Part shown: positions 37,501 through 51,714 of the stretch, in pieces | How positions within the stretch are numbered: the stretch's first letter is position 1 | Layout: the number at the start of each line of letters is the position of its first letter | The notes under the pieces: model-generated | Seen by the model: only the letters and a program-made list of their open reading frames with translations | Database searches by the model: none | What the model was told of the DNA's origin: nothing | Source of the DNA: Eledone cirrhosa | Lineage: Eukaryota | Direction of reading: 5' to 3' | NCBI GenBank assembly: GCA_964016885.1 | Contig: OZ024740.1 | Location: 23,932,001-23,996,000, forward strand | DNA length: 64,000 nt | Program-made: the position numbers and the translations under genes

Positions 37501-40500
37501 TGACGACATTTGACCCTTCGAGCCAAATAATCTTGTCAACTACTGTCCAAATCCTCTACTCCTGGTTTGACGACATTTGACCCTTCGAGCCAAATAATCT
37601 TGTCAGCTACTGTCCAAATCCTCTACTCCTGGTTTGACGACATTTGACCCTTCGAGCCAAATAATCTTGTCAGCTACTGTCCAAATCCTCTACTCCTGGT
37701 TTGACGACAGTTGACCCTTCGAGCCAAATAATCTTGTCAACTACTGTCCAAATCCTCTACTCCTGGTTTGACGACATTTGACCCATCGAGACAAATAATC
37801 TTGTCAGCTACTGTCCAAATCCTCTACTCCTGGTTTGACGACAGTTGACCCTTCGAGCCAAATAATCTTGTCAGCTACTGTCCAAATCCTCTACTCCTGG
37901 TTTGACGACAGTTGACCCTTCGAGCCAAATAATCTTGTCAGCTACTGTCCAAATCCTCTACTCCTGGTTTGACGACATTTGACCCTTCGAGCCAAATAAT
38001 CTTGTCAGCTACTGTCCAAATCCTCTACTCCTGGTTTGACGACAGTTGACCCTTCGAGCCAAATAATCTTGTCAGCTACTGTCCAAATCCTCTACTCCTG
38101 GTTTGACGACATTTGACCCTTCGAGCCAAATAATCTTGTCAGCTACTGTCCAAATCCTCTACTCCTGGTTTGACGACATTTGACCCTTCGAGCCAAATAA
38201 TCTTGTCAGCTACTGTCCAAATCCTCTACTCCTGGTTTGACGACATTTGACCCTTCGAGCCAAATAATCTTGTCAGCTACTGTCCAAATCCTCTACTCCT
38301 GGTTTGACGACATTTGACCCTTCGAGCCAAATAATCTTGTCAGCTACTGTCCAAATCCTCTACTCCTGGTTTGACGACATTTGACCCTTCGAGCCAAATA
38401 ATCTTGTCAGCTACTGTCCAAATCCTCTACTCCTGGTTTGACGACATTTGACCCTTCGAGCCAAATAATCTTGTCAGCTACTGTCCAAATCCTCTACTCC
38501 TGGTTTGACGACATTTGACCCTTCGAGCCAAATAATCTTGTCAGCTACTGTCCAAATCCTCTACTCCTGGTTTGACGACAGTTGACCCTTCGAGCCAAAT
38601 AATCTTGTCAGCTACTGTCCAAATCCTCTACTCCTGGTTTGACGACAGTTGACCCTTCGAGCCAAATAATCTTGTCAACTACTGTCCAAATCCTCTACTC
38701 CTGGTTTGACGACATTTGACCCATCGAGACAAATAATCTTGTCAGCTACTGTCCAAATCCTCTACTCCTGGTTTGACGACATTTGACCCTTCGAGCCAAA
38801 TAATCTTGTCAGCTACTGTCCAAATCCTCTACTCCTGGTTTGACGACATTTGACCCATCGAGACAAATAATCTTCTCAGCTACTGTCCAAATCCTCTACT
38901 CCTGGTTTGACGACATTTGACCCTTCGAGACAAATAATCTTCTCAGCTACTGTCCAAATCCTCTACTCCTGGTTTGACGACATTTGACCCTTCGAGCCAA
39001 ATAATCTTGTCAGCTACTGTCCAAATCCTCTACTCCTGGTTTGACGACATTTGACCCTTCGAGCCAAATAATCTTGTCAGCTACTGTCCAAATCCTCTAC
39101 TCCTGGTTTGACGACATTTGACCCTTCGAGCCAAATAATCTTGTCAGCTACTGTCCAAATCCTCTACTCCTGGTTTGACGACAGTTGACCCTTCGAGCCA
39201 AATAATCTTGTCAGCTACTGTCCAAATCCTCTACTCCTGGTTTGACGACATTTGACCCATCGAGACAAATAATCTTGTCAGCTACTGTCCAAATCCTCTA
39301 CTCCTGGTTTGACGACATTTGACCCATCGAGACAAATAATCTTGTCAGCTACTGTCCAAATCCTCTACTCCTGGTTTGACGACATTTGACCCTTCGAGCC
39401 AAATAATCTTGTCAACTACTGTCCAAATCCTCTACTCCTGGTTTGACGACTTTTGACCCTTCGAGCCAAATAATCTTGTCAGCTACTGTCCAAATCCTCT
39501 ACTCCTGGTTTGACGACATTTGACCCTTCGAGCCAAATAATCTTGTCAGCTACTGTCCAAATCCTCTACTCCTGGTTTGACGACATTTGACCCTTCGAGC
39601 CAAATAATCTTGTCAGCTACTGTCCAAATCCTCTACTCCAGGTTTGATGACATTTGACCCTTCGAGCCAAATAATCTTGTCAACTACTGTCCAAATCCTC
39701 TACTCCTGGTTTGACGACATTTGACCCTTCGAGCCAAATAATCTTGTCAACTACTGTCCAAACCCTCTACTCCTGGTTTGACGACATTTGACCCTTCGAG
39801 CCAAATAATCTTGTCAACTACTGTCCAAATCCTCTACTCCTGGTTTGACGACATTTGACCCTTCGAGCCAAATAATCTTGTCAGCTACTGTCCAAATCCT
39901 CTACTCCTGGTTTGACGACATTTGACCCTTCGAGCCAAATAATCTTGTCAGCTACTGTCCAAATCCTCTACTCCTGGTTTGACGACAGTTGACCCTTCGA
40001 GCCAAATAATCTTGTCAACTACTGTCCAAATCCTCTACTCCTGGTTTGACGACATTTGACCCTTCGAGCCAAATAATCTTGTCAGCTACTGTCCAAATCC
40101 TCTACTCCTGGTTTGACGACATTTGACCCTTCGAGCCAAATAATCTTGTCAGCTACTGTCCAAATCCTCTACTCCTGGTTTGACGACAGTTGACCCTTCG
40201 AGCCAAATAATCTTGTCAACTACTGTCCAAATCCTCTACTCCTGGTTTGACGACATTTGACCCTTCGAGCCAAATAATCTTGTCAGCTACTGTCCAAATC
40301 CTCTACTCCTGGTTTGACGACATTTGACCCTTCGAGCCAAATAATCTTGTCAGCTACTGTCCAAATCCTCTACTCCTGGTTTGACGACAGTTGACCCTTC
40401 GAGCCAAATAATCTTGTCAACTACTGTCCAAATCCTCTACTCCTGGTTTGACGACATTTGACCCTTCGAGCCAAATAATCTTGTCAGCTACTGTCCAAAT

Positions 40501-43500
40501 CCTCTACTCCTGGTTTGACGACATTTGACCCTTCGAGCCAAATAATCTTGTCAGCTACTGTCCAAATCCTCTACTCCTGGTTTGACGACAGTTGACCCTT
40601 CGAGCCAAATAATCTTGTCAACTACTGTCCAAATCCTCTACTCCTGGTTTGACGACATTTGACCCATCGAGACAAATAATCTTGTCAGCTACTGTCCAAA
40701 TCCTCTACTCCTGGTTTGACGACAGTTGACCCTTCGAGCCAAATAATCTTGTCAGCTACTGTCCAAATCCTCTACTCCTGGTTTGACGACAGTTGACCCT
40801 TCGAGCCAAATAATCTTGTCAGCTACTGTCCAAATCCTCTACTCCTGGTTTGACGACAGTTGACCCTTCGAGCCAAATAATCTTGTCAGCTACTGTCCAA
40901 ATCCTCTACTCCTGGTTTGACGACAGTTGACCCTTCGAGCCAAATAATCTTGTCAACTACTGTCCAAATCCTCTACTCCTGGTTTGACGACATTTGACCC
41001 TTCGAGCCAAATAATCTTGTCAACTACTGTCCAAATCCTCTACTCCTGGTTTGACGACATTTGACCCTTCGAGCCAAATAATCTTGTCAACTACTGTCCA
41101 AATCCTCTACTCCTGGTTTGACGACAGTTGACCCTTCGAGCCAAATAATCTTGTCAGCTACTGTCCAAATCCTCTACTCCTGGTTTGACGACAGTTGACC
41201 CTTCGAGCCAAATAATCTTGTCAGCTACTGTCCAAATCCTCTACTCCTGGTTTGACGACATTTGACCCTTCGAGCCAAATAATCTTGTCAGCTACTGTCC
41301 AAATCCTCTACTCCTGGTTTGACGACAGTTGACCCTTCGAGCCAAATAATCTTGTCAACTACTGTCCAAATCCTCTACTCCTGGTTTGACGACATTTGAC
41401 CCATCGAGACAAATAATCTTGTCAGCTATTGTCCAAATCCTCTACTCCTGGTTTGACGACATTTGACCCTTCGAGCCAAATAATCTTGTCAGCTACTGTC
41501 CAAATCCTCTACTCCTGGTTTGACGACATTTGACCCATCGAGACAAATAATCTTCTCAGCTACTGTCCAAATCCTCTACTCCTGGTTTGACGACATTTGA
41601 CCCTTCGAGCCAAATAATCTTGTCAGCTACTGTCCAAATCCTCTACTCCTGGTTTGACGACATTTGACCCTTCGAGCCAAATAATCTTGTCAACTACTGT
41701 CCAAATGCTCTACTCCTGGTTTGACGACATTTGACCCATCGAGACAAATAATCTTGTCAGCTACTGTCCAAATCCTCTACTCCTGGTTTGACGACATTTG
41801 ACCCTTCGAGCCAAATAATCTTGTCAGCTACTGTCCAAATCCTCTACTCCAGGTTTGACGACATTTGACCCATCGAGACAAATAATCTTGTCAGCTACTG
41901 TCCAAATCCTCTACTCCTGGTTTGACGACATTTGACCCTTCGAGCCAAATAATCTTGTCAGCTACTGTCCAAATCCTCTACTCCTGGTTTGACGACAGTT
42001 GACCCTTCGAGACAAATAATCTTGTCAGCTACTGTCCAAATCCTCTACTCCTGGTTTGACGACTTTTGACCCTTCGAGCCAAATAATCTTGTCAGCTACT
42101 GTCCAAATCCTCTACTCCTGGTTTGACGACATTTGACCCTTCGAGCCAAATAATCTTGTCAGCTACTGTCCAAATCCTCTACTCCTGGTTTGACGACATT
42201 TGACCCTTCGAGCCAAATAATCTTGTCAGCTACTGTCCAAATCCTCTACTCCAGGTTTGATGACATTTGACCCTTCGAGCCAAATAATCTTGTCAACTAC
42301 TGTCCAAATCCTCTACTCCTGGTTTGACGACTTTTGACCCTTCGAGCCAAATAATCTTGTCAGCTACTGTCCAAATCCTCTACTCCTGGTTTGACGACAT
42401 TTGACCCTTCGAGCCAAATAATCTTGTCAGCTACTGTCCAAATCCTCTACTCCTGGTTTGACGACATTTGACCCTTCGAGCCAAATAATCTTGTCAGCTA
42501 CTGTCCAAATCCTCTACTCCAGGTTTGATGACATTTGACCCTTCGAGCCAAATAATCTTGTCAGCTACTGTCCAAATCCTCTACTCCTGGTTTGACGACA
42601 TTTGACCCTTCGAGCCAAATAATCTTGTCAACTACTGTCCAAACCCTCTACTCCTGGTTTGACGACATTTGACCCTTCGAGCCAAATAATCTTGTCAGCT
42701 ACTGTCCAAATCCTCTACTCCTGGTTTGACGACTTTTGACCCTTCGAGCCAAATAATCTTGTCAGCTACTGTCCAAATCCTCTACTCCTGGTTTGACGAC
42801 ATTTGACCCTTCGAGCCAAATAATCTTGTCAGCTACTGTCCAAATCCTCTACTCCTGGTTTGACGACTTTTGACCCTTCGAGCCAAATAATCTTGTCAGC
42901 TACTGTCCAAATCCTCTACTCCTGGTTTGACGACATTTGACCCTTCGAGCCAAATAATCTTGTCAGCTACTGTCCAAATCCTCTACTCCAGGTTTGATGA
43001 CATTTGACCCTTCGAGCCAAATAATCTTGTCAGCTACTGTCCAAATCCTCTACTCCTGGTTTGACGACAGTTGACCCTTCGAGCCAAATAATCTTGTCAG
43101 CTACTGTCCAAATCCTCTACTCCTGGTTTGACGACATTTGACCCTTCGAGCCAAATAATCTTGTCAACTACTGTCCAAATCCTCTACTCCTGGTTTGACG
43201 ACATTTGACCCTTCGAGCCAAATAATCTTGTCAACTACTGTCCAAATCCTCTACTCCTGGTTTGACGACATTTGACCCTTCGAGCCAAATAATCTTGTCA
43301 GCTACTGTCCAAATCCTCTACTCCTGGTTTGACGACATTTGACCCTTCGAGCCAAATAATCTTGTCAACTACTGTCCAAATCCTCTACTCCTGGTTTGAC
43401 GACATTTGACCCTTCGAGCCAAATAATCTTGTCAACTACTGTCCAAATCCTCTACTCCTGGTTTGACGACATTTGACCCTTCGAGCCAAATAATCTTGTC

Positions 43501-46500
43501 AACTACTGTCCAAATCCTCTACTCCTGGTTTGACGACATTTGACCCTTCGAGCCAAATAATCTTGTCAGCTACTGTCCAAATCCTCTACTCCTGGTTTGA
43601 CGACATTTGACCCTTCGAGCCAAATAATCTTGTCAGCTACTGTCCAAATCCTCTACTCCAGGTTTGATGACATTTGACCCTTCGAGCCAAATAATCTTGT
43701 CAGCTACTGTCCAAATCCTCTACTCCTGGTTTGACGACAGTTGACCCTTCGAGCCAAATAATCTTGTCAGCTACTGTCCAAATCCTCTACTCCTGGTTTG
43801 ACGACATTTGACCCCTCGAGCCAAATAATCTTGTCAGCTACTGTCCAAATCCTCTACTCCTGGTTTGACGACATTTGACCCTTCGAGCCAAATAATCTTG
43901 TCAGCTACTGTCCAAATCCTCTACTCCAGGTTTGATGACATTTGACCCTTCGAGCCAAATAATCTTGTCAGCTACTGTCCAAATCCTCTACTCCTGGTTT
44001 GACGACATTTGACCCTTCGAGCCAAATAATCTTGTCAGCTACTGTCCAAATCCTCTACTCCTGGTTTGACGACATTTGACCCTTCGAGCCAAATAATCTT
44101 GTCAGCTACTGTCCAAATCCTCTACTCCTGGTTTGACGACATTTGACCCTTCGAGCCAAATAATCTTGTCAGCTACTGTCCAAATCCTCTACTCCTGGTT
44201 TGACGACATTTGACCCTTCGAGCCAAATAATCTTGTCAGCTACTGTCCAAATCCTCTACTCCTGGTTTGACGACATTTGACCCATCGAGACAAATAATCT
44301 TGTCAGCTACTGTCCAAATCCTCTACTCCTGGTTTGACGACATTTGACCCATCGAGACAAATAATCTTGTCAGCTACTGTCCAAATCCTCTACTCCTGGT
44401 TTGACGACATTTGACCCTTCGAGCCAAATAATCTTGTCAGCTACTGTCCAAATCCTCTACTCCTGGTTTGACGACATTTGACCCTTCGAGCCAAATAATC
44501 TTGTCAGCTACTGTCCAAATCCTCTACTCCTGGTTTGACGACATTTGACCCTTCGAGCCAAATAATCTTGTCAGCTACTGTCCAAATCCTCTACTCCTGG
44601 TTTGACGACATTTGACCCTTCGAGCCAAATAATCTTGTCAGCTACTGTCCAAATCCTCTACTCCAGGTTTGATGACATTTGACCCTTCGAGCCAAATAAT
44701 CTTGTCAGCTACTGTCCAAATCCTCTACTCCTGGTTTGACGACATTTGACCCTTCGAGCCAAATAATCTTGTCAGCTACTGTCCAAATCCTCTACTCCTG
44801 GTTTGACGACATTTGACCCTTCGAGCCAAATAATCTTGTCAGCTACTGTCCAAATCCTCTACTCCTGGTTTGACGACATTTGACCCTTCGAGCCAAATAA
44901 TCTTGTCAGCTACTGTCCAAATCCTCTACTCCTGGTTTGACGACATTTGACCCATCGAGACAAATAATCTTGTCAGCTACTGTCCAAATCCTCTACTCCT
45001 GGTTTGACGACATTTGACCCTTCGAGACAAATAATCTTCTCAGCTACTGTCCAAATCCTCTACTCCTGGTTTGACGACATTTGACCCATCGAGACAAATA
45101 ATCTTGTCAGCTACTGTCCAAATCCTCTACTCCTGGTTTGACGACATTTGACCCATCGAGACAAATAATCTTGTCAGCTACTGTCCAAATCCTCTACTCC
45201 TGGTTTGACGACATTTGACCCTTCGAGCCAAATAATCTTGTCAGCTACTGTCCAAATCCTCTACTCCTGGTTTGACGACATTTGACCCATCGAGACAAAT
45301 AATCTTGTCAGCTACTGTCCAAATCCTCTACTCCTGGTTTGACGACATTTGACCCTTCGAGACAAATAATCTTCTCAGCTACTGTCCAAATCCTCTACTC
45401 CTGGTTTGACGACATTTGACCCATCGAGACAAATAATCTTGTCAGCTACTGTCCAAATCCTCTACTCCTGGTTTGACGACATTTGACCCATCGAGACAAA
45501 TAATCTTCTCAGCTACTGTCCAAATCCTCTACTCCTGGTTTGACGACATTTGACCCATCGAGACAAATAATCTTGTCAGCTACTGTCCAAATCCTCTACT
45601 CCTGGTTTGACGACATTTGACCCTTCGAGACAAATAATCTTCTCAGCTACTGTCCAAATCCTCTACTCCTGGTTTGACGACAGTTGACCCTTCGAGCCAA
45701 ATAATCTTGTCAGCTACTGTCCAAATCCTCTACTCCTGGTTTGACGACATTTGACCCTTCGAGACAAATAATCTTCTCAGCTACTGTCCAAATCCTCTAC
45801 TCCTGGTTTGACGACATTTGACCCATCGAGACAAATAATCTTGTCAGCTACTGTCCAAATCCTCTACTCCTGGTTTGACGACATTTGACCCTTCGAGACA
45901 AATAATCTTGTCAGCTACTGTCCAAATCCTCTACTCCTGGTTTGACGACATTTGACCCTTCGAGCCAAATAATCTTGTCAGCTACTGTCCAAATCCTCTA
46001 CTCCTGGTTTGACGACATTTGACCCTTCGAGCCAAATAATCTTGTCAGCTACTGTCCAAATCCTCTACTCCTGGTTTGACGACATTTGACCCTTCGAGCC
46101 AAATAATCTTGTCAGCTACTGTCCAAATCCTCTACTCCAGGTTTGATGACATTTGACCCTTCGAGCCAAATAATCTTGTCAGCTACTGTCCAAATCCTCT
46201 ACTCCTGGTTTGACGACATTTGACCCTTCGAGCCAAATAATCTTGTCAGCTACTGTCCAAATCCTCTACTCCTGGTTTGACGACATTTGACCCTTCGAGC
46301 CAAATAATCTTGTCAGCTACTGTCCAAATCCTCTACTCCTGGTTTGACGACATTTGACCCTTCGAGCCAAATAATCTTGTCAGCTACTGTCCAAATCCTC
46401 TACTCCTGGTTTGACGACATTTGACCCTTCGAGCCAAATAATCTTGTCAACTACTGTCCAAATCCTCTACTCCTGGTTTGACGACATTTGACCCATCGAG

Positions 46501-48243
46501 ACAAATAATCTTGTCAGCTACTGTCCAAATCCTCTACTCCTGGTTTGACGACATTTGACCCTTCGAGACAAATAATCTTCTCAGCTACTGTCCAAATCCT
46601 CTACTCCTGGTTTGACGACATTTGACCCATCGAGACAAATAATCTTGTCAGCTACTGTCCAAATCCTCTACTCCTGGTTTGACGACATTTGACCCATCGA
46701 GACAAATAATCTTCTCAGCTACTGTCCAAATCCTCTACTCCTGGTTTGACGACATTTGACCCATCGAGACAAATAATCTTGTCAGCTACTGTCCAAATCC
46801 TCTACTCCTGGTTTGACGACATTTGACCCTTCGAGACAAATAATCTTCTCAGCTACTGTCCAAATCCTCTACTCCTGGTTTGACGACATTTGACCCATCG
46901 AGACAAATAATCTTGTCAGCTACTGTCCAAATCCTCTACTCCTGGTTTGACGACATTTGACCCTTCGAGCCAAATAATCTTGTCAGCTACTGTCCAAATC
47001 CTCTACTCCTGGTTTGACGACATTTGACCCTTCGAGCCAAATAATCTTGTCAACTACTGTCCAAATCCTCTACTCCTGGTTTGACGACATTTGACCCTTC
47101 GAGCCAAATAATCTTGTCAGCTACTGTCCAAATCCTCTACTCCTGGTTTGACGACATTTGACCCTTCGAGACAAATAATCTTCTCAGCTACTGTCCAAAT
47201 CCTCTACTCCTGGTTTGACGACATTTGACCCATCGAGACAAATAATCTTGTCAGCTACTGTCCAAATCCTCTACTCCTGGTTTGACGACATTTGACCCTT
47301 CGAGACAAATAATCTTCTCAGCTACTGTCCAAATCCTCTACTCCTGGTTTGACGACATTTGACCCATCGAGACAAATAATCTTGTCAGCTACTGTCCAAA
47401 TCCTCTACTCCTGGTTTGACGACATTTGACCCTTCGAGCCAAATAATCTTGTCAGCTACTGTCCAAATCCTCTACTCCTGGTTTGACGACATTTGACCCT
47501 TCGAGCCAAATAATCTTGTCAACTACTGTCCAAATCCTCTACTCCTGGTTTGACGACATTTGACCCATCGAGACAAATAATCTTGTCAGCTACTGTCCAA
47601 ATCCTCTACTCCTGGTTTGACGACATTTGACCCTTCGAGACAAATAATCTTCTCAGCTACTGTCCAAATCCTCTACTCCTGGTTTGACGACATTTGACCC
47701 ATCGAGACAAATAATCTTGTCAGCTACTGTCCAAATCCTCTACTCCTGGTTTGACGACATTTGACCCATCGAGACAAATAATCTTCTCAGCTACTGTCCA
47801 AATCCTCTACTCCTGGTTTGACGACATTTGACCCATCGAGACAAATAATCTTGTCAGCTACTGTCCAAATCCTCTACTCCTGGTTTGACGACATTTGACC
47901 CTTCGAGACAAATAATCTTCTCAGCTACTGTCCAAATCCTCTACTCCTGGTTTGACGACATTTGACCCATCGAGACAAATAATCTTGTCAGCTACTGTCC
48001 AAATCCTCTACTCCTGGTTTGACGACATTTGACCCTTCGAGACAAATAATCTTCTCAGCTACTGTCCAAATCCTCTACTCCTGGTTTGACGACATTTGAC
48101 CCTTCGAGACAAATAATCTTCTCAGCTACTGTCCAAATCCTCTACTCCTGGTTTGACGACATTTGACCCTTCGAGCCAAATAATCTTGTCAGCTACTGTC
48201 CAAATCCTCTACTCCAGGTTTGATGACTTTTGACCCTTCGAGT
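31561..48243. repeat. Satellite DNA: 249 x 67-bp unit CAAATAATCTTGTCAGCTACTGTCCAAATCCTCTACTCCTGGTTTGACGACATTTGACCCTTCGAGC
   Basis: Unit 1 starts at 31561 and unit 2 at 31628. The array ends ...TTCGAG at 48242, and 249 x 67 = 16683 bp fits exactly, so there are no net indels. Variation is confined mostly to about 7 recurrent positions. Confidence 0.99.
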
Positions 48244-49261
48244 TTTAAACAATCTCAACTTCTGTAGGAGATCGGGGTCATAATCGTTATTTTTAACTTA
48301 ATAAAACCAACTCTTGTTTTACGCCTTCTGCAGTCTCAGGTTTCAAACTATACCGAACATATGAACGAAATCGTTAACATAGTGACGCAATATTATACAA
48401 ATATGTAAGTTTATGTATCAAAATAATTGTAGGAATAAAATAGTTATAAAATAGTTATAAAATAGTTATAAAATGTATTTTGTTTGTTCCAGCAAGTACG
48501 TTATACTAACAAACACAACAGTATCATATCCTGGAATTGAGCTTGCAAATCAGTTTCGATTTTATACGAGAACCATTTAATTTAAACTATAGCAACTCAT
48601 TAGCTTTTCTTGAGGTTCGTTTTCATTGTTATCTAATCAATTCATTAAATCTTCAGACAAATATTTAATTAAATAAATAAATAAAATTCTCTCTCCGACA
48701 GAACTCACGGTTAAGTGCGTTTAATTAAAATGTCTTGCCGTTAATTGTAAATCACAACAGACAAAATATCTTCAGTTTATTCATTTATGTTTTGTTTGCA
48801 AAATAATATTTACCCAAGTAAACAACGGCAGTCGTAATGGAGAATGCTTCCCGCGTCGCACATTGTGGACTTGAGTATTGTCACCGGAATATGTATTCAA
48901 TTATTTACTAGCATATGATATCTAGCAGTCTTTTCAGAATTTGCCGACCTCCACAATACGCCTCATAAGTTCTAACGATACAATCATCTCCATGTTGGTT
49001 TATATGTTATCACGAAATGTTTCTGGAAGTCTAGCTTCACACGTAAGGTGACACATGGCTTCTGGTATTCTGATTGGAAATCTATCTATTAACAAAGTGT
49101 GTCGATCTCCCGGTCAATCATTGAACGACGGTTTATCGCAAAGACGTTTTATCAAAACGACTTTAGATAGAATAGATTCATGAACAAATTATTTTGTAAA
49201 GTAATGTTTTTTTTTACTATAAATCACTTTTAAATAAAGTTAAAAAAAAAGTTCATCGCCG

Positions 49262-49300
<39 letters not shown>

Positions 49301-49301
<1 letters not shown>

Positions 49302-49985
49302 TAGCAGAATGGCCTGGTGTTGCTCGAGATTAGCTCTAGGGTTCTTATATATTTGATATATATTGAGACTTCTCGAGCCTCGTGAAATAAATACGTTTAT
49401 TTATATTTTGTTATTGTGTATGCAAAAATATCTGTACACGAATATATAAATAACAGTACAGAGAAGTACGAATGCTGTTTCGCAAATTCATTGTGAAGAG
49501 GAATACCGATTCTTGCTCATCAGTGGATGAAGATTTAGTATGCTCCTCACTTCTAAGTATATCAGAAAACTGAATAGTGTGCGTATATATAATACCGCAC
49601 ATGGTATCGGAACTTAGCGTGTCCCACAAACTCACACAACTAAAAATAGCAGCCAAGTTTACTCGACATTTAAATTAGCTCAACAAATTAACGGAGCCGA
49701 ATATATCAAAATTATATATTGAGTTAGAAACTAAAAATAGTCTTTTACAATAATATCGGTATTCCTGTTCACAATTAATTCTGCGAAACAACATAGCCAA
49801 ACGCTGTCTGGGTGATTGGTAGTTACCACAATTTCGGTTTGTATTTATTTTCTTGATTTATTCTTAAATTGAGTCTGGCAAACCCTATTGTTCATAGTTA
49901 GTATTCTTTTCACCTTAGCGAATCTGGTCCCTTACGATTTGAACACATATATGTATATATTTGTGTTTATCTTTCTTTGATATTC

Positions 49986-49990
<5 letters not shown>
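49301..49990 (-). mobile_element. Second Helitron-like element (3' end at 49301; extent uncertain)
   Basis: (TA)n-CTAGCAGAATGGCCTGGTGTTGCTCGAG parallels CTAGCAGTGATACCCGGCGTTGCACGGG at 25364, with a decayed hairpin. Confidence 0.55.
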
Positions 49991-50015
<25 letters not shown>

Positions 50016-50022
<7 letters not shown>

Positions 50023-50705
50023 AACAATGGAGCTGCGGCGTTGCAAATGGGTTACATATGAAAAAGTAAGTCCTTCGTCAGTGGCCTTCCAACCGTCCTA
50101 GGCATTTCATCACTTTAAAGGCCATATGCCTCAGGTTGGTGCGAACAACGGCTAAAAAAAGTCGTTGGGACACGTAAATAAAGGGGACGCTAGGGTGAAC
50201 AAACAAAATGGTTTAAGCAACAGAAAGTGAGAAGAAAGAGACAAGTCCCAGATTTCTATGAATATAAACTCGGTGAAATCGTGAACGAGAGACGAAAGAC
50301 CATCAAACCTGGTTGAAATGTGAGCAAGGAAGGAATTTCGCACAGGTCTAACGGGAGGAAGAAGGGGTCTGGTCTGCGAATTCGGTAAACATAAGTTCTG
50401 TGAAGTCGCAGACGAGAGAGAGAGAGAGAGAAAAAAAATTCATACCGGCTTGGCCAAGAACGCGCGAGAAAAGAAATCGGACAGGTCAAACGGGAAGAAA
50501 GAGGAGGAGGAGGAGAGGTGGTGACAGAGAATGAGTGAGTGAAAGTTGAGGAAGAGGCTAACAGAGAAAGAGAGACTGCTAGAAAGGGTAAAGATACAAA
50601 GAACGAAACAGACGGGTGGCAGCAGAGGAAAAAATGTATGTGTAAATATGATAATAATGGAGCTGCGGCGTTGCAAATGGGTTACATATGAAAAAGTAAG
50701 TCCTT
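50016..50705 (-). mobile_element. 690-bp element with 60-bp terminal direct repeats and a degenerate hammerhead-like motif
   Basis: ATATGATAA(C/T)AATGGAGCTGCGGCGTTGCAAATGGGTTACATATGAAAAAGTAAGTCCTT occurs at 50016-50075 and 50646-50705 (1 mismatch). TA repeats flank it and the interior is purine-rich on +. Confidence 0.75.
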
Positions 50706-51274
50706 ATATATGCGCATATTCAATTTCTATACAATTTTACTCATAAAGCTTGTCACTATCCATCAATTTTATAAGATAGTTGCTCCAGATGTCACAGAGT
50801 AGGATTGATCCTGGAAACGCAGGATTGCGACACAAACTAATGCTATACAAAATATCCGGACAAATTTAAATACTACTTTACTTCACAAAGAATGCGGATG
50901 ATTTAGAAGCCACTAGCAATCACAATTTCAAGCCATAGTCGAAAGTCATTTATATATCTTCACTGATAAGACTAATGTCGTAGGAGAAAATTGAATTACA
51001 AGGTCGGGAAAGGACATTTTCTATCACTTAGAAGAGAGAGTCTTTGTGTTAATTAAAGAAAAAATGGATTCTTTGATTCACAGGTTTTCCACCAGGCACT
51101 TAAGAAAGAAATCACAAGTAATACAATGTCTACTTGGAGACCACCTAAATGGACTTGTTCAATTTATCACCGTGTTCACGATATAAAGCTGTTTATTTCA
51201 ATGAACACTGCTCCAGTCAAACGCACAAATATTCACACGCACACATACACAAACACACACACAAACAAACACAC

Positions 51275-51323
<49 letters not shown>

Positions 51324-51410
51324 ACTACATCGTGATTATGAACTGTTACTGCATAGGAAATTTACATCAAAATCACTATATCCCAAAATACTATTGTATT
51401 CATATGTGTA

Positions 51411-51487
<77 letters not shown>

Positions 51488-51512
51488 ATATATATATATT
51501 TATATACATCTA

Positions 51513-51558
<46 letters not shown>

Positions 51559-51650
51559 GATATTATATATTGTACACATCCACGCACAAATATATAAATA
51601 TATATTTATACATAAACACGCATATATATATATATACATATATTTTCTTG

Positions 51651-51714
<64 letters not shown>

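Noticed and set aside
31561-48243. 67-bp unit as a CRISPR repeat, coding repeat or tandem hammerhead (minus strand has CTGACAA...GAAG)
   Set aside because: There are no spacers. A length of 67 cycles the stops through all frames, and the track shows no ORF here. The hammerhead-like words lack the essential G8 and GAAA, and no stems I or III form.
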